Below are positions 18,678-28,116 of a stretch of 64,000 bases of DNA, piece by piece. Source of the DNA: an uncultured virus (IMG/VR IMGVR_UViG_3300042014_000090) (Duplodnaviria > Heunggongvirae > Uroviricota > Caudoviricetes); the IMG/VR virus record IMGVR_UViG_3300042014_000090; one strand, given 5' to 3'. The notes beneath the pieces are model-generated. The model made no database searches and was not told the DNA's origin. It saw nothing but the letters and a program-made list of their open reading frames with translations. Within the stretch, counting starts at the first letter, position 1; each line of letters opens with the position of its first letter. A program made the position numbers and the translations under genes.

Positions 18678-19339
18678 TGGCCCGCAAGGAAATCCTGGAA
18701 AGCGTCTGCGACCCTTGCGGGCTTGACGAGCTTGGCGACACCCCCGCCCACGCCTTCCTGGTGATGTCCATCAACGGCGGTCCCCACAAGCACTTCGACC
18801 TCTGTGGCCGTGACGAGAAGTTCTTCATGGACCACGTCGTCAGGCTGTACAACGAGAGCGGGGTGGAACTGCCCGGCCAGCAGACGAAGGCCCCGGCGAA
18901 GAAGGAGCCCGTCAAGGAGCTGGAGCAGGCGCCCGTACAGGACGAGACGCTCCCGGCGCCCAAGAAGAAGGCCGCGCCCGCAAAGACGAAGAAGAAGACG
19001 GAGGAGGAGCCAGCGCCGGAGGCGAAGGAGAACAAGGAGAAGCTGTACGTCTGGTGCGCCGAGCCTCACAAGTCCAAGAAGGGCACGGGTAAGCGCGTCG
19101 CCTACGGCGGGCGGACCGGACACGCTGGTATGTGCCACGAGGGCGCCAAGGTCTGGGAGGTCAAGTGGGAGGACCCGGACGGCATCATCACAGCGCCCTG
19201 CACCTCGCACGAGCAGTGCATGTCGGTAGGGCTGGGCTTCACGTCCACCCACGGGCTGGCGTCCCACATCACCGGCTGCCCCCTGCCTCGTATCGACATC
19301 GACGAACGATCCACGACCGACGAGGGACCAAGTGAATGA
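18677..19339 (+). CDS. Lsr2-like N-terminal domain + Lys/Pro/Ala linker + Cys/His C-terminal domain
   Basis: MARKEILESVCD...MSINGGPHKHFDLC pattern resembles Lsr2 dimerisation domain. Confidence 0.5.
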   Translation: MARKEILESVCDPCGLDELGDTPAHAFLVMSINGGPHKHFDLCGRDEKFFMDHVVRLYNESGVELPGQQTKAPAKKEPVKELEQAPVQDETLPAPKKKAAPAKTKKKTEEEPAPEAKENKEKLYVWCAEPHKSKKGTGKRVAYGGRTGHAGMCHEGAKVWEVKWEDPDGIITAPCTSHEQCMSVGLGFTSTHGLASHITGCPLPRIDIDERSTTDEGPSE

Positions 19340-19826
19340 CCAGACCGACGCGGAGGTGACGGTCGGTGGGCCGTCTGCACTGGAGATCAGTGTGGACCGG
19401 ATCGAAGACATCCTGGGGGACCTGCCGGGTGGCCAGAGCGTGAGCCCTGCCACCCGGTGGCTGCACCAGGAGCTGTACGACGCCAGGCGGCGGGGAGTCA
19501 CGCTGATCCCCGCCGCACGTGTGTCCCCAGACCGGGACATTGTCTACGGTCCGCCGAAGCTGACCCGCGCAGCGCCCGCCGTGGAGCCGGAGCGTTTCCA
19601 CATCGTCTGCACCCACGATGTCACCGGCACCACCGGTGTCGGTGTCATCGCCGAGGGCTGCCGGTTCTCCGACGGAAGTGCTGCCGTCCGCCGACTGAGC
19701 GCACCTCCTCACGACACCGGTGGCTGGCGCTTCTATGACAGCCCGGCCAGCGCGGTGACTCTGGCGAGTGACTGGCGTCCCGACGTCGTCGACGTCATAT
19801 GGCTGGACCAGGATGAACCCGCCTGA
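19332..19826 (+). CDS. hypothetical protein
   Basis: DVTGTTGVGVIAEGCRFSDG segment; overlap with upstream stop. Confidence 0.65.
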   Translation: MNDQTDAEVTVGGPSALEISVDRIEDILGDLPGGQSVSPATRWLHQELYDARRRGVTLIPAARVSPDRDIVYGPPKLTRAAPAVEPERFHIVCTHDVTGTTGVGVIAEGCRFSDGSAAVRRLSAPPHDTGGWRFYDSPASAVTLASDWRPDVVDVIWLDQDEPA

Positions 19827-19974
19827 GGCGGCATCCGTATTACCTGACAGGAAGGACGACAGTGAGCCAGGAAGAAAGCGGCCAGCCCGATGTCGAGGAA
19901 GCTGCTGACTCTCCGGTAACATCCGCCGACATGGACCTGCTGCGCCGTGTGATGGACTGCCTGGAGGACATGAC

Positions 19975-20439
19975 GTGACCATCAGAGCGGTGATCTTCAC
20001 CGGCGCTCGGGACCACCCTTATCCGGAGCCGGTGTACGCGCGCCTGGACGGTCTGTACGCCGTCAGCGGTCCCTTCACGCTCTACCACGGCGCCTGCAAG
20101 CGTCGGGGCTCGGAGGAGCTGGCCGGGGCTGACCGCTATGCGGATGAGTGGGGCCGCCGTATGCCTGGGGTCCGCGTCGAGCCCCGCCCTGCGGACTGGG
20201 GCCGGTGGCAGCGCCGCGCCGGACCGATCCGCAACCGGGACATGGTGACGGAGGTGGTCTTCGAGTATCCCCGTAGCGAGATCCTCGGGGTCGCCTTCCC
20301 CGGTCCCGACTCGTCGGGCACGGTCGACTGCATCAAGCGGATGCGTGAGTTCGAGATCGAAGTCGATGTGTGGGATCCCGATCGAGTCAGGCAGTGGATG
20401 ACCGAATACAGGATGGATATATGCACTGACGGTCAGTGA
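19975..20439 (+). CDS. YspA/SLOG-family (DUF2493-like) protein
   Basis: IFTGARD, LYHGA, GADRYA, ADW..RAGPIRNRDMV, AFPG..SSGTVDC. Confidence 0.8.
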   Translation: MTIRAVIFTGARDHPYPEPVYARLDGLYAVSGPFTLYHGACKRRGSEELAGADRYADEWGRRMPGVRVEPRPADWGRWQRRAGPIRNRDMVTEVVFEYPRSEILGVAFPGPDSSGTVDCIKRMREFEIEVDVWDPDRVRQWMTEYRMDICTDGQ

Positions 20440-20690
20440 TACTGCAAACGACGGAGTCAAAACAGTCATCCGGCGAGGTGCGAAGATCGGCCTCGCCGGA
20501 AAGCGCTACCGCTCTGACCAGGGATGATGCGCATCACATAGGTTTACTTTTTATCCCGCTCTGTTACTCTTCTCGGCGAGACAGGAAGGTCGAGGCCCCA
20601 GGATGGGCGCACCCGTATTCATGAATGAACCATCTATCTTGATGGTTTGAAATGGGTGTGAATCCGACAGGAAAATTGAAGGGGAGAAGG

Positions 20691-21245
20691 GTGACACAAC
20701 AAAAATTCACTGTATACGACAGGCTGGGCTCGCCCATTTCGCTGCACGGCGAGATCATCGCCGATGTCCGGCACGACAACAAGGTCAAGGACGAGCCTCC
20801 GTGGCTGCGGTGGACCGACATGGTCCTCTACAAGATCGACGAGCAGCACGTCCGGGACCGCTACGCCGTCCACATCATCGGCCGCAGCGTCGTCTACCAC
20901 GGTGCAGACACGAACTGCCGCCAGCGGCCGAAGTCGCCCTGGCTGCGGACGACGGTCGAGGAGCTCTATAAGGCTGACGTAAGCCGTTATGACGAACTCA
21001 TTGCCTGCCGCGAACGAGGATGCGCTCCACGGAACCTGGACGACCTTGAGGGAGAGGAAGTCATTCAGGTCGAGACCAACGATCACAACCTGATCCTCGC
21101 CCCGACACCCAAGGCGATCATCCAGCGCCTCTACAAGGATTACGGCCAGATCACCATGCTCGCGGCCAAGCTCCTGAAGGAGGCGGCCCTGAAGGATCCC
21201 GGTATTCATCGGGCTATCAACATGCCCAGAAGGGTTGGAAGTTGA
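20691..21245 (+). CDS. hypothetical protein
   Basis: GGAG RBS before GTG20691. Confidence 0.7.
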   Translation: MTQQKFTVYDRLGSPISLHGEIIADVRHDNKVKDEPPWLRWTDMVLYKIDEQHVRDRYAVHIIGRSVVYHGADTNCRQRPKSPWLRTTVEELYKADVSRYDELIACRERGCAPRNLDDLEGEEVIQVETNDHNLILAPTPKAIIQRLYKDYGQITMLAAKLLKEAALKDPGIHRAINMPRRVGS

Positions 21246-21568
21246 CATCGCATAATGACGCGGATTTCGTCGGCACCGGCGTAACCCCACGGCGCGCTGG
21301 CCGGATCGACCCCACGCTGGCTGAGGATATCGAGCGCCGGATGGCGGCGATGCGGGTGCGCGTGCTGTGCAAGGAGCACGACTGCCAGGCTCCGGCGACC
21401 GGGACGTGCGACGACCCGATGCACCGCCAGAAGGTCAACCTCACGATGGAGATGCTCGACATGCTCGGGCTGCCGCGCGAGTACCCGGCCTATACCGAGG
21501 AGGAGCAGGAGGTGTGGGTGGGGTGGCTCAGTCAGTCGGGGCCGCCGGATCTGAAGGGTGCCGCCTGA
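21242..21568 (+). CDS. hypothetical protein
   Basis: ORF track; start uncertain. Confidence 0.55.
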   Translation: MTSHNDADFVGTGVTPRRAGRIDPTLAEDIERRMAAMRVRVLCKEHDCQAPATGTCDDPMHRQKVNLTMEMLDMLGLPREYPAYTEEEQEVWVGWLSQSGPPDLKGAA

Positions 21569-21585
21569 AGGATGTCCCCCTCGGG

Positions 21586-21614
21586 TTGACAAGCTGAGAT
21601 TCCCATGCGATAAT
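21586..21614 (+). promoter_or_regulatory. housekeeping-sigma promoter for pol operon
   Basis: TTGACA-17 bp-GATAAT. Confidence 0.7.
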
Positions 21615-21680
21615 CCTTGCGGCGTCAACTCCCGCTACCTTACTGTGCTGCCCTCATCGTGACACGAGAGGACAGCACAC

Positions 21681-23480
21681 GTGACGCCATCACCGCTCAT
21701 CGACGTACAACTCCACCTCGTGGAGAGCGTCGACGACGCCATGGCGTTCATGACCTGGCTCGGCCAGCGGCGCGACACCCCCCTCGGACTCGACACCGAA
21801 ACCTCAGGGCTCAGCCCCTACCGCGACACCCTGCGCACCATCCAGATCGGCGACCTCCACGACGGATGGGTCATCCCCTGGCAGGAATGGGGCGGCGTCG
21901 CACGCGAAGCCTTCCGCCGCTACACCGGCGAACTCGTCGCCCACAACCTCCCCTTCGACTGGCAGTTCATCGCCGAACACACCGGCATCGAACTGCCCTG
22001 GGAGCGCCTGCACGACACCCTCCCCATGGCCCGCCTCGACGACCCCACCCGAAGCAACGGCCTCAAGCCCCTCGTCAAGAAACTCGTCGACCCCACGGCA
22101 GCCGCCGGACAGCGAGAACTCGACGAGGGGATGGGCGCCAACGGCTGGACCTGGGCCACCGTCCCCATGGACTACCCGCCCTACTGGATCTACGCAGCCC
22201 TCGACCCCGTCGAAACCGTCCACCTGGAGCGCCACCTCGCCCCGCGCATCCAGGCCAGCTGCCCCGAGGCGTACTCCCTGGAACGCGCCACCAACCGCAT
22301 CTGCACCCAGATGATGCGCAAGGGCATGCTCCTCGACGTCCCCTACGTCCAGAAGTCCATGGACGAGTTCGACGCCAAGTCCGACCAGATCCGCGCCTGG
22401 CTCAAGAGCGCCCACAAGATCACCAGCCCGAAGTCGAGCGCACAGATAGCCCGCTCCTTCGAGGCACTCGGCCAGGCGATCCCGTCCAGTCCCGAGTTCT
22501 GGACCGAACGCCACGCGCCGAAGTTCGACAAGGACACCCTCGCCTTCTACAGCAAGAAAGGCGAGAACACCGCCGTCCGCCAGCTCGCCCAGTACATCCG
22601 CGCCGTCCGCCACATCGAGGACATCCGCGACCGCTACAGCGCGAAGTTCCTCGAACTGCGCGACGCGCACGACGTCATCCACTGCAACATCAATCCCATG
22701 GGCGCCCGCACCGGCCGGATGTCCGTCTCCGACCCCGCCCTCCAGCAGCTCCCACGCGACGACAAGGTCATCCGAGGCAGCTTCATCCCCCGCCCCGGCC
22801 ACGTCTTCATATCTGTCGATCTCGACCAGGTGGAAGCCCGACTTCTCGCGCACCTGAGCCAGGACCCCGGACTCATTCAGGCATTCCTCGAAGCCGACAC
22901 CACCGGCCCCGACTTCTTCACCGTCGTCGCCCGCGCCCTCTACGGTGACGACACCCTGGTCAAGTCCGACCCCCGCCGCCAGCTGACGAAGAACAGCGTC
23001 TACGCCAAGGCCTACGGCGGCGGTCGGGAGAAGATCGCCATGACCTCCGGCGCCTCCCTCGACCACGTCGCCTTCTTCGAGACCATGTTCGAGAGCCGCT
23101 TCCCCGGCATGAAGCGCCTGATGACCCAGCTCGAACAGGACGCCAAGGGCGCCTTCCGCCGGGGCCAGCGCGGGGGAGTACGCCTGGAGGACGGTCGCTT
23201 CCTGCCCTGCGACAAGGGCAAGGAGTACGCCACCCTCAACTACGACATCCAGGGCACCGCCGCGATCTTCATGAAGCGCGCCCTGACCCACATGGACGCC
23301 GCCGGGATCGGCCACATGCTCGTCCTGGTCGTCCACGACGAGGCCATCCTCGAAGTCCCCATCGGCCAGGCCGAGGAAGTCCTGCGCATCGTCCAGGACT
23401 GCATGACGGACCGCACCAACTACCTCGTCCCCCTCACCGCAGGCGGCACCATCCTCACCGAGAGGTGGCAAAAAGCGTGA
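21681..23480 (+). CDS. polA: DNA polymerase family A (3'-5' exo + pol, no 5'-3' exo)
   Basis: LDTETSGL, HNLPFD, RTGRMS, DLDQVEARLLAH, RRQLTKNSVYAKAYG, IQGTAA, VHDE. Confidence 0.95.
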   Translation: MTPSPLIDVQLHLVESVDDAMAFMTWLGQRRDTPLGLDTETSGLSPYRDTLRTIQIGDLHDGWVIPWQEWGGVAREAFRRYTGELVAHNLPFDWQFIAEHTGIELPWERLHDTLPMARLDDPTRSNGLKPLVKKLVDPTAAAGQRELDEGMGANGWTWATVPMDYPPYWIYAALDPVETVHLERHLAPRIQASCPEAYSLERATNRICTQMMRKGMLLDVPYVQKSMDEFDAKSDQIRAWLKSAHKITSPKSSAQIARSFEALGQAIPSSPEFWTERHAPKFDKDTLAFYSKKGENTAVRQLAQYIRAVRHIEDIRDRYSAKFLELRDAHDVIHCNINPMGARTGRMSVSDPALQQLPRDDKVIRGSFIPRPGHVFISVDLDQVEARLLAHLSQDPGLIQAFLEADTTGPDFFTVVARALYGDDTLVKSDPRRQLTKNSVYAKAYGGGREKIAMTSGASLDHVAFFETMFESRFPGMKRLMTQLEQDAKGAFRRGQRGGVRLEDGRFLPCDKGKEYATLNYDIQGTAAIFMKRALTHMDAAGIGHMLVLVVHDEAILEVPIGQAEEVLRIVQDCMTDRTNYLVPLTAGGTILTERWQKA

Positions 23481-23677
23481 ACCACGACGCAGACCTGTCC
23501 CGCAAGACACGCCAGGACACCGCCCTGTGGCCACCGTCCATGTACGGCCTGCTGCGCCGCGCCGTCCACGAAGAGGACCCCGAGGACCGCGAGCGCGCCT
23601 TCATGGACCTGCTGCGCCGCTACACCCGCACCCTCGACGACCCGCTCCAGCGCCGGTGGATCGAGGTGAAGCGGTGA
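23477..23677 (+). CDS. hypothetical protein
   Basis: GTGA overlap. Confidence 0.55.
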   Translation: MNHDADLSRKTRQDTALWPPSMYGLLRRAVHEEDPEDRERAFMDLLRRYTRTLDDPLQRRWIEVKR

Positions 23678-23940
23678 CCCAGTACATCTACCGCTACGAA
23701 GTCCCCGTCGACGACTGCTGGCACCTCATCAGATGCAGCCCCGTTCTCCACGTCGCCTGCCGCACCACGGACGTGGTCGAGTTCTGGGCCCATCCGATCG
23801 AGAACGCCCCCGCACGGCTGTTCCGCGTCTACGGCACCGGCCACGAGATCGACGACCAGGCCATGTACTCGGGGACCGCCATCGCACCCGGTGGACACCT
23901 GGTCTGGCACCTCATGGCGAAGTGGGGGAAGCACGTATGA
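23674..23940 (+). CDS. hypothetical phage protein
   Basis: IYRYEVPVD...VYGTGH...LVWHL. Confidence 0.65.
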   Translation: MTQYIYRYEVPVDDCWHLIRCSPVLHVACRTTDVVEFWAHPIENAPARLFRVYGTGHEIDDQAMYSGTAIAPGGHLVWHLMAKWGKHV

Positions 23941-24293
23941 CGATCAAGGTCTACCTCCAGGAGCGCTTCGAGCGCCAGTCTCTCAGCGTGTTCGTCGTCA
24001 ACGAACACGAAGGCTGGCGCCGCATCCTCCAGTCCGGCGACGGCGGCGGCATGCGCTGGGACGAACTCCCGCACGTGGACTCCGACATCGGCGACGAGCC
24101 CGCGCAGCCCACGTTCCGGTTCCCCTACGACATCGGACGGCCGCTCCTCGAAGCACTCGTCCGCCACTACAACGGCGCCGAGGACACCCGTGCCCTGCGC
24201 CGGGACTACGACAACGAACGCAAGCGGGTCGACGAACAGGCGAAGGTCATCGGCGACATCGCGCGTCTGCTGGCAGGAGGCACCCATGGTTGA
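23937..24293 (+). CDS. hypothetical protein
   Basis: ATGA overlap. Confidence 0.65.
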   Translation: MTIKVYLQERFERQSLSVFVVNEHEGWRRILQSGDGGGMRWDELPHVDSDIGDEPAQPTFRFPYDIGRPLLEALVRHYNGAEDTRALRRDYDNERKRVDEQAKVIGDIARLLAGGTHG

Positions 24294-24645
24294 GATCCCA
24301 CGCGAATGGCTGCGTGACACCACCTACACCCCCGGCGAGGTGGCCGCGATCTTCGGCGTCACTTCCTACACGGTGGCCCGCTGGGCGAAGACGGGACGGA
24401 TCGGGTTCTACCGCTCGCCCGTCAGCGGTAACCGCTGCTACCCCGAGAGCGAGGTGCAGCGCCTGGTCAACGGGCAGCCCGCTCCGGCCTTCATCAAGGA
24501 ACTCGCCAAGCAGGACGATGAGGTGTACAGCGAGAGGCTGGCGGAGATGAACATCCCCAAGGACCACCCGGTCTGGGGCCGGTACGTGGCGAAGATGGAG
24601 AGGCGGGCCAGGGAGAAGAAGGAGAACGAGGAGAGCAATGGGTGA
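24286..24645 (+). CDS. BldC-like MerR-family HTH regulator
   Basis: YTPGEVAAIFGVTSYTVARWAKTGRI..RSPVSGNRCYPESEVQRL closely parallels BldC. Confidence 0.8.
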   Translation: MVEIPREWLRDTTYTPGEVAAIFGVTSYTVARWAKTGRIGFYRSPVSGNRCYPESEVQRLVNGQPAPAFIKELAKQDDEVYSERLAEMNIPKDHPVWGRYVAKMERRAREKKENEESNG

Positions 24646-25093
24646 GGTCTCCTTCGTCCTCTGGCTCGACCCCGGCAAGGTCACAGGGCTCGCCTGGTAC
24701 GACATCGAGGCCGACCAGTTCTTCTCCCACCAGTACCTCGACCACGACCTGATCGACGTCCTGGAGTCGCTGGCCGACGTCTACGGTCACCGGATGGCCG
24801 TCGGCTGGGAGCTGTACATCCAGACGCCCCGCTCGAAGGGGACAGCGAAGTACAGTCTCGAAGCGATCGGCAAGGTCAAGGAGCTGCTGGAGGAGCGGGG
24901 GATCGAGATCCTCAAGGGCCAGCCCTCGTCGGCGCGGAACTTCCAGAGCACCGTCATCTTCCTGCGGCGCCTGGGCTGGTACGCGGCGGGCAAGCAGCAT
25001 GCGAACGACGCCGCCTGTCACCTGTTCAGATACCTGATCAGACAGCGCCCGATCCCACAGAACATCCGCAAGAGACTGCCCGCAGGTTACTGA
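24638..25093 (+). CDS. RuvC-like Holliday junction resolvase
   Basis: WLDPGKVTGLA, VGWE, HANDAACH. Confidence 0.65.
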   Translation: MGEVSFVLWLDPGKVTGLAWYDIEADQFFSHQYLDHDLIDVLESLADVYGHRMAVGWELYIQTPRSKGTAKYSLEAIGKVKELLEERGIEILKGQPSSARNFQSTVIFLRRLGWYAAGKQHANDAACHLFRYLIRQRPIPQNIRKRLPAGY

Positions 25094-25163
25094 ACTGGTG
25101 GTACGATCGCCGCCTGAACCGATTGTAGGTTCGATTGGCGGCACGTCATACGGCGGAGGAAGT

Positions 25164-25496
25164 ATGCCGGTCGCTGAGATCGTGGAAGGTGGACGGATCT
25201 CCGTCACCACGCAGTACCACGAACGCCATCTTGTTCAGCAAGTACCCGGCGCCCGTTACGACAGAGGCGCCGGATACTGGACTGTCCCACTCTCGTGGGC
25301 GTCATGCATCACCCTCCGAGGCATCTTCGGCAGCGAGCTTGTGACAGGGCCAGCGCTGACGAAGCATGCGTGGGAGGTCTACGACAGCCGGATCAAACCG
25401 GCCACAGACTTGAGAGCCGCGATGGAGTTGCCGTCAGACGACCCCATCGCGCAGATCATCGACCGTATCGAGGCACGACAGGGAGGGGATGCGTGA
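25164..25496 (+). CDS. HARP-like N-terminal helicase-associated domain
   Basis: LVQQVPGARYD...YWTVP. Confidence 0.55.
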   Translation: MPVAEIVEGGRISVTTQYHERHLVQQVPGARYDRGAGYWTVPLSWASCITLRGIFGSELVTGPALTKHAWEVYDSRIKPATDLRAAMELPSDDPIAQIIDRIEARQGGDA

Positions 25497-26923
25497 AGCT
25501 GCTTGAGTTTCAGCGCCCTGGCGTGGCGTTCCTCGTACGCAATCGCCACGCGATCCTCGCCGACCCGCCAGGGCTGGGGAAGACCGCGCAGTTGATCAGA
25601 ACCCTGCAAGTCCTCGCCGAGATGGGGGAGAACCCCTTCCCAGCTCTCGTAGTGTGTCCGAACTCCCTGAAGCTGTCAACCTGGAGTTTCGGCTTCAGCA
25701 CCTGGGCCCCCGAGATCACCACCCAGGTCATCGATGGCACCGCCACCCAGCGACGCAAGCAGCTCGCCGCCGACGCGGACTGCTACATCGTCAACTGGGA
25801 AGGCCTGCGGGCGCACTCACGACTCGCCGGGTACGGGACCATCGCACTCTCGGAGAAGGACAAAACACCCAAAGAGCTCAACGAGATGGGCTTCCGCACC
25901 GTCATCGCCGACGAAGCACACAAGGGCAGCAACGCACAAACCGCACAGACCCGCGCCCTGTGGGCCCTCCTCCACACCGCCGAGTTCCGCTACCTCGCCA
26001 CCGGCACCCCCGGCAACGTCGAAGCACTCTGGGCTCTTCTCCACGGGATCGAGCCCACCTGGTTCCCCGCCAAGACCAAATACCTCGACCGCTGGGCCGA
26101 CACCTCCATCAACTACTTCGGCGGCCTCGACGTCCACGGCCTCCACCTCGACCACCGCGACGAGTACTACCGCATCACCAACCCCCTCATACGCCGCATC
26201 CCCAAGGAAGCCGCCCTCCCGCAGCTCCCCGCGAAACTGCCCGACCAGATACGCCACACCCCGATGCTCCCCAAGAAGAAGGCGTACGAGCAGATGCGCG
26301 ACCACATGATCGCCAACGTCGGTGAACTCCTCGTCGCACCCAACCCCCTCTCCCAGCTCATGCGGCTCAACCAGCTCGCCGCCGCCTGCGCCGAGATCGA
26401 CGACGACTACAACGTCACCCTCGTCAACCCCTCACCCAAGGTCGATGACCTGGTGGACCTCCTCGACGAGATGGGCGACGAACCCCTCGTCGTCGCCGCC
26501 GTCTCCCGCCACCTCATCGAGCTGGCCTCAGAACGCCTCACCAAACTGAACATCCCTCACGGCCTCGTCACCGGCGCCCAGTCCAGCTACGAACGCGCCC
26601 AGGCCGTCGACCACTTCCAGGCCGGACGCCACCGCGTCATCCTGCTCACCTTCGGAGCCGGAGCAGAGGGCCTCACCCTCACCCGCGCCTCCCGCCTGCT
26701 CTGCATGCAGGAGAGCTACAGCTCCATCCAGAACCAGCAGATGTACGACCGCATCTACCGCATCGGCTCTGAACAGCACGACTCCATCCAGATCATCAAG
26801 CAGATCACGCCCCACACCGTCGAAGAGACCAAGCAGCTCCTCCTCGACACCAAGGCGATGCGCCTGGAGGAGATCGTTCGCGATCAGTCCACCCTGCTCA
26901 CTCTCCTTGGAGGCACCCCATGA
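25493..26923 (+). CDS. SNF2-family helicase
   Basis: ADPPGLGKT, IADEAH, ATGTP, AGAEGLTLT, DRIYRIG. Confidence 0.9.
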   Translation: MKLLEFQRPGVAFLVRNRHAILADPPGLGKTAQLIRTLQVLAEMGENPFPALVVCPNSLKLSTWSFGFSTWAPEITTQVIDGTATQRRKQLAADADCYIVNWEGLRAHSRLAGYGTIALSEKDKTPKELNEMGFRTVIADEAHKGSNAQTAQTRALWALLHTAEFRYLATGTPGNVEALWALLHGIEPTWFPAKTKYLDRWADTSINYFGGLDVHGLHLDHRDEYYRITNPLIRRIPKEAALPQLPAKLPDQIRHTPMLPKKKAYEQMRDHMIANVGELLVAPNPLSQLMRLNQLAAACAEIDDDYNVTLVNPSPKVDDLVDLLDEMGDEPLVVAAVSRHLIELASERLTKLNIPHGLVTGAQSSYERAQAVDHFQAGRHRVILLTFGAGAEGLTLTRASRLLCMQESYSSIQNQQMYDRIYRIGSEQHDSIQIIKQITPHTVEETKQLLLDTKAMRLEEIVRDQSTLLTLLGGTP

Positions 26924-27204
26924 CGGCGATCCGCTTCGAAGAGCCCCCGCTCAGCGCCCGACCGCCCTACAGCAAGCGAGCCTCCACCAAAGACGCCGCC
27001 CTGCTCATGGAGCGCCCCGGAGAATGGGCCGTCATCCGCGAACCGGCTTCTCGCATGGCCGCCTACGCCATGGCCTACCAGATCCGACGCGGCATCCTCG
27101 CCGGATTCCGCCCCGCCGGAGCCTTCGAAGCCATGGGCCGCACCGTCAACGGCACCTACCGCGTCTACGCCCGCTACATCGGAACGGACGGTGAGCACCG
27201 ATGA
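26920..27204 (+). CDS. hypothetical protein (paralog of next gene)
   Basis: PGEWA...VYARYIG. Confidence 0.75.
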   Translation: MTAIRFEEPPLSARPPYSKRASTKDAALLMERPGEWAVIREPASRMAAYAMAYQIRRGILAGFRPAGAFEAMGRTVNGTYRVYARYIGTDGEHR

Positions 27205-27503
27205 GCGACATCAAGCTCCAGTTCACCGAACTTCCCCCACGCGGCACCACCTCCCCCAACGGCGCCCGAGGCACCGGCAAGCACGAAGAGATCGCCCGCC
27301 AGCTCCGCGAGAACCCCGGCCAGTGGGCACCGATCGACAAGCGACCCAGCGTCAACTCCGCCTCCAGCCTGGCCCACCAGGTCAGAACCGCGTACTTCTC
27401 CGCCTACGCACCTAAGGGCTCCTACGAGGCAGCCGCACGCTCCGTCGACGGCGAACGCCACGTCTACGCCCGCTACATCGGCGAGGACGGTGAGTACGCA
27501 TGA
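27201..27503 (+). CDS. hypothetical protein (paralog of previous gene)
   Basis: PGQWA...VYARYIG. Confidence 0.75.
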   Translation: MSDIKLQFTELPPRGTTSPNGARGTGKHEEIARQLRENPGQWAPIDKRPSVNSASSLAHQVRTAYFSAYAPKGSYEAAARSVDGERHVYARYIGEDGEYA

Positions 27504-27739
27504 CCGCCATCGACCCACCGGCCAGCCCACGCTGCCAGATCTACGGACTGTCCTCCGTACGCTGCATCAACACCGGCACCCACTGGGTCTCCTGGGGCGG
27601 CAAAGGCTGCGGCTGCGGCGGTGACGTCTGCATGGCCGACGACTGCGAGCAGGACTTCTCCTCCTGGGAATGCGACGGCCCCCACCGCTTCGGCGAGACC
27701 ACCTCCGCCGCCATACCCCGCCAGCGGGAGGCGGCATGA
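27500..27739 (+). CDS. Cys-rich hypothetical protein
   Basis: ATGA overlap. Confidence 0.55.
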   Translation: MTAIDPPASPRCQIYGLSSVRCINTGTHWVSWGGKGCGCGGDVCMADDCEQDFSSWECDGPHRFGETTSAAIPRQREAA

Positions 27740-28116
27740 CGATCGCCGCGCTCAAGCCTCGCTTCGAGATGCGTCGCGCCACGTTGTATCCCGAGCGCAA
27801 GACGATCCTCGAAGGTGCCATAACCCGCAGCAAGGCATCCGGCCTGACGAAGATCACGGCACCAGCATGGATCAAGCCGCGCTACTGGACCAGCAGCGTT
27901 GACCACGCATCGGTGATTCACATCGCCACCGGCAGAGGCTGGACCGTCTACGGCTCCGTCGCCACGCGGGGCTGGGTCTACATCGAGCCGAACTGTAGTG
28001 CGCAGCTCAGTCGCCCACGTGCGCTCTCCTCCCCAGCTGACTTCCCCTCACGCCGACTGTGCAGCACGTGCCTGATCAACGAACACCGCCGTTCTCGGAC
28101 CCAAGGAGGTGACTGA
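27736..28116 (+). CDS. hypothetical protein
   Basis: GGAGG RBS; ATGA overlap. Confidence 0.55.
   Translation: MTIAALKPRFEMRRATLYPERKTILEGAITRSKASGLTKITAPAWIKPRYWTSSVDHASVIHIATGRGWTVYGSVATRGWVYIEPNCSAQLSRPRALSSPADFPSRRLCSTCLINEHRRSRTQGGD

Noticed and set aside
21681..23480. Intein or intron in polymerase, helicases or terminase
   Set aside because: Lengths are normal and no C...HN intein ends or interruptions were seen.
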